From an uncultured Acidobacteriota bacterium (GTDB lineage: Bacteria > Acidobacteriota > Vicinamibacteria > Vicinamibacterales > UBA8438), in contig CAJWLU010000006.1 of the NCBI GenBank assembly GCA_913043225.1, positions 1 to 64,000 of the forward strand: a stretch of 64,000 nucleotides of DNA, given 5' to 3'. Both the position numbers and the translations under genes were made by a program. The notes under the pieces were generated by a model. That model saw nothing but the letters and a program-made list of their open reading frames with translations. It made no database searches and was not told where the DNA came from. How positions within the stretch are numbered: position 1 is the first letter of the stretch; each line of letters begins with the position of its first letter. Positions 10,198 to 19,623 of this stretch are shown one piece after another.

Positions 10198-11241
10198 ATG
10201 AAGCGTCGAACGCGCGCTTGCGGCATCGCGATAATCCTGTTGGCGGCATCGGGGGCTGGCTCGATGAGCCAGGCACTGGCGCAGGAAGCGGCGCGCGAAC
10301 CAGCTCCGCCGCCGCTCGCGTGGGGCGACCCCGATCTGCAGGCGATCTGGAACAACTTCACGATCACGCCGCTCGAACGACCCGCCGAGCTGGGAGAGCA
10401 GGAATTCTACACGCCGGAGGAGGCCGCGGCCCTGGAACAGCGTGCCATTGAGGGCGTCGCCAGACAGAATGCGCCGAGTGAGGTGCGTAGCGAGCCATTG
10501 CCGCCGGGTGGGAACGTCGGCGCCTACAACAGCTACTGGACCGAGCAGGGGACCCGGGTCGTGGCGACGGGCCGGACGTCGATCATCGTCGACCCTCCCA
10601 ATGGACGGTTGCCGGTGCTGACCGCCGAGGCGGAGGCGCGGATCACGTCTGGCGAGTATCGTCGGCTTGCCGACGCCAAGGACGGCCGGGTGCCTGCGCG
10701 CGGGCCGGAAGAGATGGGGCTGAGCGAGCGGTGTCTGTGGTACCGGGGGATTCCGTCTTTTCCCACCGGCTACAACAACAACTACCAGTTCTTCCAGAGC
10801 GAAGGCTTTGTGGTGATCCTGCAGGAGCACATCCATGACCTGCGGGTGATTCCCCTCGACGGTCGTCCTCATCTTCCGGCGGCGATACGACAGTTCGCGG
10901 GGAGTTCGCGCGGACGGTGGGACGGTGACACGCTGGTGGTCGAAACGACCAACCTTCGGACGCCGTTCATTCGGCGCTGGAGTCGGCCGGAGCACTCCCT
11001 CTCACGCGGCGAGCTGAGTGAGGCCACCCGTGTGATCGAGCGGTTCAGACGCATCGATCGCAATCTCCTGGACTACGAGTTCACGGTGACGGATCTGGAG
11101 ACCTTTACCAGCGAGTGGAGCGGTTCGCTGCCGATGGAGCGGATCGACGGACCGATGTACGAGTTCGCCTGTCACGAAGGCAACTACGGCATGGAGAATA
11201 TGCTGGCGGGCTCGCGGGCCGACGAGCGCGCTGGGCGGTAG
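10198..11241 (+). CDS. exported uncharacterised protein, ACHEGN family paralog 1
   Basis: Signal peptide; WGDPDLQAIW, ERC, EHIH, SRGRWDGDTLVVET, EFACHEGN. Confidence 0.85.
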   Translation: MKRRTRACGIAIILLAASGAGSMSQALAQEAAREPAPPPLAWGDPDLQAIWNNFTITPLERPAELGEQEFYTPEEAAALEQRAIEGVARQNAPSEVRSEPLPPGGNVGAYNSYWTEQGTRVVATGRTSIIVDPPNGRLPVLTAEAEARITSGEYRRLADAKDGRVPARGPEEMGLSERCLWYRGIPSFPTGYNNNYQFFQSEGFVVILQEHIHDLRVIPLDGRPHLPAAIRQFAGSSRGRWDGDTLVVETTNLRTPFIRRWSRPEHSLSRGELSEATRVIERFRRIDRNLLDYEFTVTDLETFTSEWSGSLPMERIDGPMYEFACHEGNYGMENMLAGSRADERAGR

Positions 11242-11385
11242 GAAGAGGGTCGATGACCGACGTCGACAACGACGCCGAACGAGACTATTTGAATCGGCTC
11301 TCCGAGCGGCTCAGGCTGTCGGTCGAAACAGGGACGAAGCTTCCTAGCATGCTTGAACCGGGTAACGGTGAGGAGGAGGCCTGAG

Positions 11386-12051
11386 GTGCAATCATCGCCG
11401 CGTATCGGTGCGGTCCACGCACTCCTGAACGCGATTCCGACTACTCAGGAGGCGTTTGAGCGCGTCTGGCCAGACGCGGATGTGGCGCACTTACTCGACG
11501 GGTCGCTTTATCTAGACCGAAACGCGGGCACCGCCGACGACGCCGAACTGGAGCGCCGAGTGCGGGCGCTGGTGAGGCACAGCGCCGACACTGGACAGCA
11601 GGCCGTGATCGTCACCGGGTCGTTTTTCGGAGCGATGGCGGAGGCGTCGCGCCGCGATGTCGACATTCCGGTCGCGACCTCGTTCGACGGCATCATCGAG
11701 CGGGCTTTGTCACTCAACCAGCCGCTGCACGTGCTCTCGACGGCGCCCGATTCCGCCTCGCTGCTCGCAGGGGCAATCGAGGGACAGGCTCAAGCGCGCG
11801 GCCAGTCGGTCAGCCTCTCGAGCCACCCGGTGTCTGGGGCGATGGATGCGTTGCTGGGAGGAAGCCCGGAGGAGCACGACCGGCTGATTTTGGAGGCGAT
11901 CGCGGCTCTCGACCCGGAGATGGCGGTAGCCTTTGCGCAGTTCTCCATGGAGCGGATACTGCCGGCGAGTGATGATGCGCATGCGGCACCGGTTATCGGG
12001 CCAGCGAGCGAAGGTGTCGCGTGGCTCCGTCAGCTGGTTAGCGGCCGCTGA
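11386..12051 (+). CDS. Asp/Glu racemase-fold protein
   Basis: RIGAVHA, LLDGSL, AQFSM; AGGAGGAGG RBS before GTG 11386. Confidence 0.6.
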   Translation: MQSSPRIGAVHALLNAIPTTQEAFERVWPDADVAHLLDGSLYLDRNAGTADDAELERRVRALVRHSADTGQQAVIVTGSFFGAMAEASRRDVDIPVATSFDGIIERALSLNQPLHVLSTAPDSASLLAGAIEGQAQARGQSVSLSSHPVSGAMDALLGGSPEEHDRLILEAIAALDPEMAVAFAQFSMERILPASDDAHAAPVIGPASEGVAWLRQLVSGR

Positions 12052-12061
12052 GCACGAGACC

Positions 12062-12586
12062 ATGTCCAGAACCGAGCGGGTGATCTTGTGGGCCTCGGTG
12101 CTTCTCGTCGGTGTGCTCTCGACGCCTGCGCTGGGGCAGGAGCTTGGAGCGGTCGAGGACCGGCTGCTTATCGCCGATCAGTTGGCCCAGTACTCCTACC
12201 GCTGGGACGGTAAGGACGCCGAGGGCTTTGCGAACCTGTTTACCGACGACGGTGTCCTGGAGCGACGCATCAACGGTCTGCTCGTGACTGGATCGCGCGT
12301 GGAGGGACGCGACGCTATTCGCGCCTACGCGATCAAGTCACATGAGGGGCGCCTCGCGGATCGTCAAACCCGCCACCACTTCTCCGGCCTCGTGTTTCTG
12401 GAGCTCTCGGGCGACCGTGCCGTGACCGAGAACATGGCGCTAATCACTCATCAGCCGTATGGCGAGCCGACCGCGCAGATCAGCGGATCTGGCATCTACC
12501 GGAAGATCTGGCGACGGACCCCCGGGGGGTGGCGCATCGCCGAACGGGTGCTCCACAGCGACCGCGCCCCCCAGCGACCGCGCTAG
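12062..12586 (+). CDS. exported SnoaL-like (NTF2 fold) protein
   Basis: LAQYSYRWDGKDAEGFANLFTDDG, TRHH, WRRTPGGWRIAER. Confidence 0.8.
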   Translation: MSRTERVILWASVLLVGVLSTPALGQELGAVEDRLLIADQLAQYSYRWDGKDAEGFANLFTDDGVLERRINGLLVTGSRVEGRDAIRAYAIKSHEGRLADRQTRHHFSGLVFLELSGDRAVTENMALITHQPYGEPTAQISGSGIYRKIWRRTPGGWRIAERVLHSDRAPQRPR

Positions 12587-12767
12587 GCGCTTACTCGACC
12601 GCGCTTGTTCCAGAAGCTGGCGTGAACCGGGCGTTAACGGAGTGTGGTCTCCGCGGTGTCGGACTGGACCGAGTTTGAGACGGTCGTCAGATTAGCGCCG
12701 CTACCGGGAACTGATCAGCGTTCACCGCCTCTCGCTACAATGGGCGCCGTTTGTCTGAGGGCGAGTC

Positions 12768-14792
12768 ATGATGAGATATCTCGCGTTGCTGCTGAGTCTC
12801 GTTTTGGTCGCCGCCTGTACGCCGGTAGATCACGATCTTGGGACCACTGACTGGTCCGTGTACCTGGGCGACCCTGGGCGGCGCCACTATTCATCCCTGG
12901 ACCAGATCACGCGGGAAAATGTCGCACGGCTCGAGGTGGCGTGGGAGTACAACTCTGGCGAGCCCCAGGGAACGATGTACACGAGCCCTGTCGTGGTGGA
13001 TGGCGTGCTGTACGGGTTGTCACCACAGCTGGATGCGTTCGCCGTCGACGCCGCCACGGGACAGGAACTCTGGCGATACGAACCCGAAGACGTCGGGGGG
13101 GCACAGCGTGGCCTGATGTGGTGGGAGGGCGATCGTGGAGCGCGGCTCTTCTACACTGCGGGGCGGTACCTGCTCGCCGTTGATCCCCGTGACGGCACGC
13201 CGGTGACGAGTTTTGGTGACCAGGGCCGATTGGACCTGACGCCCCCTGGTGACCATGAGGGGGCGCTGTCGGTCACGGTGCCGGGTGTCGTCTTTCGGGA
13301 TCTTTTGATCATGGGCTTCTCGACTAGCGAGAGTGCCGAGGCTTTCCCGGGTTCGATCCGCGCCTTCAGCGCGGTCGACGGCTTGCTGGTGTGGCAGTTC
13401 GATACCATCCCCAAGCCGGGAGACCCTGGCTCGGAGACCTGGGCCGAGGGAAGCCTTGAGCATGCCGGCGGCGCCAACGTGTGGACCGGGATGGCGCTGG
13501 ACGCTGAGCGGGCGATCCTGTTTGCCCCGACTGGGTCGGCGACCCCTGACTTCTTCGGGGCAAAGCGGTTGGGCGATAACCTCTATGCAAATTCGATCGT
13601 CGCGTTGAATGCGCATACGGGCGAGCTCCGTTGGCATTATCAGGTCTTCAGGCACGACCTGTGGGATCGGGACAATCCCTCGCCGCCGACTCTCGTCCAG
13701 CTGGAGCGCGACGGCCGCAGGATTGACGCGGTGACCTTGACGACAAAGTCGGGGCATCTGTACGCGTTTGAGCGAGAGACGGGCGAACTGCTCTACCCGA
13801 CGGTCGAGGTGGGCACGCTGCCGAGCACGCTGCCCGGAGAGATGCCGTCGCCCACGCAGGCTGTCTCGGCCGTGGCGTTCAGTCGACAGGCTTTCGAGGT
13901 GACCAACCGGACGCCGGAGGCGAGGGCCCATGTCGAGGAGGCGATCAAGGATTGGGATCTGCGTCCCTGGGCACCCCCTCGAGTGGGGACGGTGCTGTTG
14001 CAGCCATGGTACGACGGTGGGGCAGAGTGGGGTGGGTCAGCGTTCGACCCCGCCACGAACGCATTGATTCTCAATGCGAATGATGTGCCCGGTATCCTCA
14101 CGCTCAGTGAGGTGCCGACGGGCACGAGCGATTTCGGTACCTACGCGGAACATTGCGGCAGCTGCCACGGGCTGGAGCTCGAAGGTAGCAGTGGCCCCTC
14201 CCTGTTGGGCGTGCGCGAGCGGTTGGAGATCGGGGAGATCAGAAACGTACTCGAAAGCGGGCGAGGCCGGATGCCGGGATTCTCGCATTTCGACGATGCG
14301 GAACAGCGGGCCGTCATCCGCTATATCTCTCAAGAGGAGCCGGAGCAGGATGAGCCGACCGACGAGCTGTCCTATGTTCTGGGGGGGTACGTGTATCTTC
14401 GTGACCACGAGGACCTGCCCGCCAACACACCACCGTGGGGCACGCTCAATTCGATTGACCTGGCGAGCGGCGAGATCACCTGGTCGGTGCCGTTCGGCAA
14501 CTACCTGTCCCATCCCGACCTTGGATACGGTGCGGTTAACTACGGCGGTCCTGTGGTGACCGCGTCTGGACTCATCTTCATCGCGGCCACCCCGGATAAG
14601 ATGATCCGGGCCGTCGACGCGCGGGATGGGTCGACGCTCTGGCAGGCCGACCTCGAGGCGGCTGGATTTTCGACCCCGGCGGTCTACAGCGTCGACGGAC
14701 GCCAGTTCGTCGTGATTGCTGCCGGGGGAGGGAGACAGGGGCCGCCGTCAGGTTCCACCTACGTCGCCTTTGCGTTACCGAAAGCCAATTGA
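12768..14792 (+). CDS. PQQ-dependent quinoprotein glucose dehydrogenase-family lipoprotein with internal cytochrome c domain
   Basis: LVAAC lipobox; PQQ propeller repeats; HDLWDRD; CGSCH (14154-14168) plus GRMP; PPWGTL. Confidence 0.85.
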   Translation: MMRYLALLLSLVLVAACTPVDHDLGTTDWSVYLGDPGRRHYSSLDQITRENVARLEVAWEYNSGEPQGTMYTSPVVVDGVLYGLSPQLDAFAVDAATGQELWRYEPEDVGGAQRGLMWWEGDRGARLFYTAGRYLLAVDPRDGTPVTSFGDQGRLDLTPPGDHEGALSVTVPGVVFRDLLIMGFSTSESAEAFPGSIRAFSAVDGLLVWQFDTIPKPGDPGSETWAEGSLEHAGGANVWTGMALDAERAILFAPTGSATPDFFGAKRLGDNLYANSIVALNAHTGELRWHYQVFRHDLWDRDNPSPPTLVQLERDGRRIDAVTLTTKSGHLYAFERETGELLYPTVEVGTLPSTLPGEMPSPTQAVSAVAFSRQAFEVTNRTPEARAHVEEAIKDWDLRPWAPPRVGTVLLQPWYDGGAEWGGSAFDPATNALILNANDVPGILTLSEVPTGTSDFGTYAEHCGSCHGLELEGSSGPSLLGVRERLEIGEIRNVLESGRGRMPGFSHFDDAEQRAVIRYISQEEPEQDEPTDELSYVLGGYVYLRDHEDLPANTPPWGTLNSIDLASGEITWSVPFGNYLSHPDLGYGAVNYGGPVVTASGLIFIAATPDKMIRAVDARDGSTLWQADLEAAGFSTPAVYSVDGRQFVVIAAGGGRQGPPSGSTYVAFALPKAN

Positions 14793-14940
14793 GCCGGATA
14801 GTCTCCCCTGTGGGACGACCAGCGGGGCCTATGTGGGTGAGCGTCGACGGATTGCAGGTGGCGTTGCGAAACCCGCGCCGGCGCGCGGCACCACGTAGTC
14901 CGAGGGTTGGTGTCGGCCGGGAAGCGACTCAGGGCCTGGG

Positions 14941-14946
14941 TATAAT
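14941..14946 (+). promoter_or_regulatory. consensus -10 box TATAAT
   Basis: GGTATAATCG in the intergenic region upstream of ATG 14990. Confidence 0.55.
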
Positions 14947-14989
14947 CGACACACCGACGCGGGAACTTCGACGAGATAGCGAGGGCGAC

Positions 14990-15988
14990 ATGAGGACGAG
15001 AGTGACAACTGTGGTGAGCGTGGTCGCGCTGGTGCTGACCGCCGGGGGCGTGTTCGCCCAGAGTGACGAGGTTCAGCGGACGGTCTATGGCGATCCGGAC
15101 ATTCAGGGCCTGTTCACGTTCCGCACGCTGACCCCGCTCCAGCGTCCGGTCATCGACCAGGGCGCGTCGTCGCTGTTGGCCGGTCGACAGACGCTGACGG
15201 ACGAAGAGGCGGCGGAGTACGAGGCCGAGCGTCGTCGCGAGATGAACCGCGACACGCAGAACCTCGAAGTGCGGGCACCCGGGGTTCGGTATCAATCCCG
15301 GGCCGAAGGGGGGGTCGGCGGCTACAACGAGTTCTGGTATGAGCGTGGGATCGAGTTGGTCAAGGACCATCGCACGGCGCTCATCGTCGATCCGCCGGAA
15401 GGGCGGATTCCATTTACGCAGACCTACCTGGACGGGGCAGCGAGCCGGACACTGAATCTGCGGAGCGGATTCGCCGACTCTTACACGGACCGCAGCCTTG
15501 GCGATCGGTGCTTAATGGGGTTCAATGCCGGCCCGCCGATGGTGTCGAGTGCCTACAACAACAACGTCCAGATTCTCCAGACGCCGGACCACGTCGTTAT
15601 TTACAACGAGATGGTGCACAACGCGCGCATCATTCCGATCGGGACCGATGCACGGCATGGTCTGCGTCAGTACTCGGGAGAGTCGCGGGCGCGCTGGCAG
15701 GGAGACACGCTAGTCATCGAGACCCGCGGTTTCCTGCGCGAGACCAGCCTGGGTGGCTCGAGTCGTGATACCTACGTTGTGGAGCGACTGACGAGACTGG
15801 ATCAAGAGACGGTGGCTTACGAGTTCACTGTGGAGGACCCGAACAATTTCACCCAGCCTTGGACGGCAATGATGCCGCTCAGGCAGACTGAGGGACCGCT
15901 CTTCGAGTATGCCTGCCACGAGGGCAACATCGGGATGGTTGGGATCATGGCTGGGGCGCGGAATCTCGACACCCAGAAGGTGCCGTAG
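14990..15988 (+). CDS. exported uncharacterised protein, ACHEGN family paralog 2
   Basis: Signal peptide; YGDPDIQG, DRCLMGFNAGPP, EMVH, FEYACHEGN. Confidence 0.85.
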   Translation: MRTRVTTVVSVVALVLTAGGVFAQSDEVQRTVYGDPDIQGLFTFRTLTPLQRPVIDQGASSLLAGRQTLTDEEAAEYEAERRREMNRDTQNLEVRAPGVRYQSRAEGGVGGYNEFWYERGIELVKDHRTALIVDPPEGRIPFTQTYLDGAASRTLNLRSGFADSYTDRSLGDRCLMGFNAGPPMVSSAYNNNVQILQTPDHVVIYNEMVHNARIIPIGTDARHGLRQYSGESRARWQGDTLVIETRGFLRETSLGGSSRDTYVVERLTRLDQETVAYEFTVEDPNNFTQPWTAMMPLRQTEGPLFEYACHEGNIGMVGIMAGARNLDTQKVP

Positions 15989-16601
15989 CTAGCGCTGGCG
16001 GAGCGCCTGGAAAACGCTGCTGAATCGCCATCAGCTTCCGGAGGGGCCCCAGCAGGTTGCCATCATGGTCAGGCGGGAGCCGTTCGTGGCCGTGTCTCAC
16101 GAGCTGGTTCAAGCAAGCGTCGGCCGCTTCGATCGTTGCCAAACATTCGGCGCGTGGCTGGCGCTTGATTGAGAACGCTGACGGCCCTGGAGGATCAAAG
16201 GTGATCCGAGGCAGGCTCGCCAGTCGAGGGCTGGCCCGAAGCATCGCTCGCGCGCACGGCCACGTCGCGTCTAGCAGAAAGAACACCGGTATCCGGCCAG
16301 GCATCGGCTGGTAGGCCCCGGTATTTAGGTGGGTGCCTCCAGGGTAGAGCATCCGGCAATCAAGGTGTTGGTCGCCGAGCAATGCGGTCACCCGCGGGTG
16401 GTCGTTGAAGCCGATACCCACATGCAGCTCTGACCGCCTCAGCGACAGGTGGGTCAACCGTCCGGTTCCGATCCGGACCTTCCTCGCCTCTTTGGGGTGC
16501 ATCAGCAGGACCCAGTGGGTGCGGGTGGTCACCGGACGGATCGCAGAGCAGACGCAGATGGGTGCCGGGCGGCGGCACCGATGACAGGAGGCGCGGGCCA
16601 C
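15945..16601 (-). CDS. DTW-domain tRNA-uridine aminocarboxypropyltransferase (TapT/YfiP-like)
   Basis: N-terminal CHRC...CVC, LMHPKE, TGRL, LDATW, LATIEA. Confidence 0.85.
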   Translation of the reverse strand: MARASCHRCRRPAPICVCSAIRPVTTRTHWVLLMHPKEARKVRIGTGRLTHLSLRRSELHVGIGFNDHPRVTALLGDQHLDCRMLYPGGTHLNTGAYQPMPGRIPVFFLLDATWPCARAMLRASPRLASLPRITFDPPGPSAFSIKRQPRAECLATIEAADACLNQLVRHGHERLPPDHDGNLLGPLRKLMAIQQRFPGAPPALATAPSGCRDSAPQP

Positions 16602-16628
16602 CCCGGGATTGTGTCAGACTCAATGACC

Positions 16629-17624
16629 ATGGCGGAGCTTTCGATCCTGGACTTGTCCCCGATTCCTGAAGGGAGCGACGCGGCCGCCGCGTTACGTAAC
16701 AGCGTCGATCTTGCCAGGCACGCCGAAAGGTGGGGGTATCGGCGCTACTGGGTCGCCGAGCATCACAATATGCCTGGGATCGCGAGCGCGGCTACGTCGA
16801 TCGTGATTGGCCACATCGCTGCCGGAACTTCCACGATCCGGGTCGGCGCAGGGGGCATCATGCTGCCCAATCACGCACCGCTCGTGATTGCGGAGCAATT
16901 TGGCACGCTTGCGACGCTCTACCCAGGTCGGATCGACTTAGCGCTGGGCCGTGCCCCGGGTACCGACCAGCAGACCGCCCATGCGCTCCGCCGCACATTG
17001 GCCGAAGATGTGAACGCCTTCCCGCGAGACGTCGTGGAACTACAGCAGTATTTCCGGAATCCAGGAGAGAACCAGCGGGTGTGCGCGGTCCCCGGTGCCG
17101 GGCTTGAGGTGCCGCTCTGGATCCTGGGGTCGAGTTTGTTCGGAGCGCAGTTGGCGGCGGCCATGGGACTCCCTTATGGGTTCGCGTCGCACTTCGCGCC
17201 GGCCGCACTGATGCCCGCCATTGAGACCTATCGCTCCCAGTTTACGCCGTCGGCTCAACTCGCTAAGCCGCATGTCATGGTGGGATTCAACGTTTTCGCG
17301 GCCGAGACCGAGGAGGAGGCCAGGGTTCTGCGAAGCTCGGCCCAGCAGGCGTTGCTGTGTCTGAGACGCGGGATGCCGAGCAAGCTGCCGCCGCCGGTAC
17401 AGGACTTTGAGGCCAGCCTGTCTTCGCTCGATCTCGAGTTGCTCGACCAGGCGCAGGCCTGTTCCGTCGTCGGCACGCCAGGTATGGTTCGCGATGGCAT
17501 CGAGGCGTTCGCCAGGAAGACCGGCGCCGACGAGGTCATCCTCACTGGTCACATCTACGATCACCGGGCCCGTCTTCGTTCTTACGAGCTTGTGGCCGAG
17601 CAGTTACTGGCCGCCGTGGCCTGA
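16629..17624 (+). CDS. luciferase-like monooxygenase (LLM class flavin-dependent oxidoreductase)
   Basis: [44 protein letters not shown]; alternative ATG at 16623. Confidence 0.9.
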   Translation: MAELSILDLSPIPEGSDAAAALRNSVDLARHAERWGYRRYWVAEHHNMPGIASAATSIVIGHIAAGTSTIRVGAGGIMLPNHAPLVIAEQFGTLATLYPGRIDLALGRAPGTDQQTAHALRRTLAEDVNAFPRDVVELQQYFRNPGENQRVCAVPGAGLEVPLWILGSSLFGAQLAAAMGLPYGFASHFAPAALMPAIETYRSQFTPSAQLAKPHVMVGFNVFAAETEEEARVLRSSAQQALLCLRRGMPSKLPPPVQDFEASLSSLDLELLDQAQACSVVGTPGMVRDGIEAFARKTGADEVILTGHIYDHRARLRSYELVAEQLLAAVA

Positions 17625-17939
17625 CCCGCTGCTCCGCTTCTGGTGCACCAGCCGCCTAGGGCGGCCACCCGGTAGCCAGGGAACCGTCAGCCGGGTCCGC
17701 TAGTTTGCGTCCACCCTCTGACAGGTGAGGCGCGCGTGTCTGTCACCGACAGACGGGAAGATCGCTGGTCGCTCGCCGAGTGCAGGCTTAGGGATTGCGT
17801 GGAGGGCACTGAGCAGGTTGAGCGGAGCAGGCCGCTGTCTCTGAAGAATGACTCTGGAGTGTGGTGCCGGGAGAGTGATCAGGATCGCACGGGATTCCGG
17901 TGACAGGTATACTCGGTCAACCAATCGACTAGATCCGCC

Positions 17940-19064
17940 ATGTCCGTCCCTGAGTCTCCAGCGGCCTGGAGCCGTCGTCGTGTGCTGGCATCCCTGCTGG
18001 GTGTCGGTGCGCTAGCCCCGTTCGCGCGTGGGGCACGTACGGGCATCGGCGATGAGATCCTGCTTCGCTATACGGCGCACGTGCCCAGTTCCCACGGCTT
18101 GTACTCCAAAGTTTTCGTGCCCTGGTCGGCGATGGTTACGGAGGAAACCGGGGGGCGGATCCAGTGGGAGTACTACGTCGATGCCTTGCTCCACGACGCA
18201 CTGGAGGGGTTCAAGGCGATCGAGAGCGGAGTTACCGACTATACCCACGGCTACGCGACCTACCAGCCAGGCAGTTTTCACCTAACTCACGGTCTGCAGT
18301 TGCCGTTTCTCTTCGCCAACCCGGGAGTGGCGTCGCTCGTCTCTGAGGAGCTGTATCCCGAGTATCTGAAGGCCGAGTACGAGCGGATGGGGTGCTATCT
18401 GGCCCATTGCGACTCAACCACCGCCTACGACATCATCTCGCGAACCCCGGTGCGGCTCCCCGAAGATATGCGGGGCCTCAAGGTCCGCTCGACCGGTGGT
18501 CTGATGGCAGACATCCTTCGGCAGGTGGGTGCCATTCCGGTTGTGCTGGCGGCGGCTGAAACCTATACCGCCTTTCAGCGTGGTGTGATCGATGCGGTTT
18601 CGCTCGGAGCCCCCGACATGGTCGCCTATCGGTTGTATGAGACCGGCAATCACTATCTGCGGGTCGGGCTCACCCATACGGTCATCCAGTTCGCGCTAAA
18701 CCCCCGTAGCTTCGATGCTCTGCCGGATGATCTGCGGCAGCAGCTGTACAACTTGTATCGGTTGCACGGACAGGTGGCCAATCAGAACTTCTACGGCGGC
18801 CCGAATCTCGACGCGGCGATTGAAACTTTGCGTGGTGAGAACATCGAGATCGTGGAGCATACGCCAGACGAGCGGCAGGCGTGGGTCGAGGCGGTCCATC
18901 CGCTGGAAGAGCGATTCATTAAGGAGAATGAGGCGCTGGGACTACCTGCGCGCGCGTTCGTTCGTGAGGCCAAAGAGCGTGCCGCCGTCTATGTCGATTG
19001 GACAGACGAAGAGCTCTGGGACTACACCCGTCGCCATCCGCTGCAGGGAGTGATCGACCTTTGA
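17940..19064 (+). CDS. dctP: TRAP transporter substrate-binding protein, Tat-like signal
   Basis: SRRRVL signal; EETGGRI, LPFLF, DMRGLKVR, ETYTAFQRGVID; followed by dctQ and dctM. Confidence 0.85.
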   Translation: MSVPESPAAWSRRRVLASLLGVGALAPFARGARTGIGDEILLRYTAHVPSSHGLYSKVFVPWSAMVTEETGGRIQWEYYVDALLHDALEGFKAIESGVTDYTHGYATYQPGSFHLTHGLQLPFLFANPGVASLVSEELYPEYLKAEYERMGCYLAHCDSTTAYDIISRTPVRLPEDMRGLKVRSTGGLMADILRQVGAIPVVLAAAETYTAFQRGVIDAVSLGAPDMVAYRLYETGNHYLRVGLTHTVIQFALNPRSFDALPDDLRQQLYNLYRLHGQVANQNFYGGPNLDAAIETLRGENIEIVEHTPDERQAWVEAVHPLEERFIKENEALGLPARAFVREAKERAAVYVDWTDEELWDYTRRHPLQGVIDL

Positions 19065-19098
19065 AGCCCGTTTCCCATCCTTCGTAGACACCCCCAAC

Positions 19099-19623
19099 AT
19101 GCTGACCTGGATCGATGGGCTGCTGGCGGCACTCGACCGCTGGTCGAAGATCGCCGCCCGACGCCTGTTCCAACTGGGCATCTACGTCACGATGCCCTCG
19201 CTCGTGGTGCTAGTGACCGTGGACGTCATCTTGCGCTATGTGTTCAACGCTCCGCTACAGTGGGGGCGCGATGCCAACGGACTGTTGTTGCTGATGACGG
19301 TGTTTTGCGCGCTGCCGCACGCCTGGGATCGCGCCTATCACATTCGGATGGAGGTGTTTTACCTTCGATTCGGCGAGAAACGGCGTCGACAGGTCGATGT
19401 GGTGGCCGCAGTGGCGGGGATCATCGTATTCGGTCTCATGGCGGCGCAGGCCGCGCTGTTCGTGCCCTTTATGATGCAGACGGGAGAGACAGGGGAAGAC
19501 CTCGAGCTGGAGCTCTGGCCTTGGATGGGATTTCTGTCGGTTTGTGCTGCGGTCATGGTGGCCCGTATTTTCGTGAACCCGTCGGGTGAAGAGTCCGGCT
19601 CCGAGACGGGGGTCGGGCTATGA
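19099..19623 (+). CDS. dctQ: TRAP transporter small permease
   Basis: Four TM segments; DVILRYVFNAPLQW, HIRME. Confidence 0.85.
   Translation: MLTWIDGLLAALDRWSKIAARRLFQLGIYVTMPSLVVLVTVDVILRYVFNAPLQWGRDANGLLLLMTVFCALPHAWDRAYHIRMEVFYLRFGEKRRRQVDVVAAVAGIIVFGLMAAQAALFVPFMMQTGETGEDLELELWPWMGFLSVCAAVMVARIFVNPSGEESGSETGVGL

Noticed and set aside
13651..13680. DxD in HDLWDRD as a lanthanide signature
   Set aside because: This pattern is normal in the glucose dehydrogenase branch and is not diagnostic.
14789..14989. N-terminal extensions in the ORF track (also 1643, 7539, 16449, 31610, 31932, 46319, 57373)
   Set aside because: They overlap promoters or neighbouring genes; downstream starts give proper signal peptides or domain starts, usually with an RBS.
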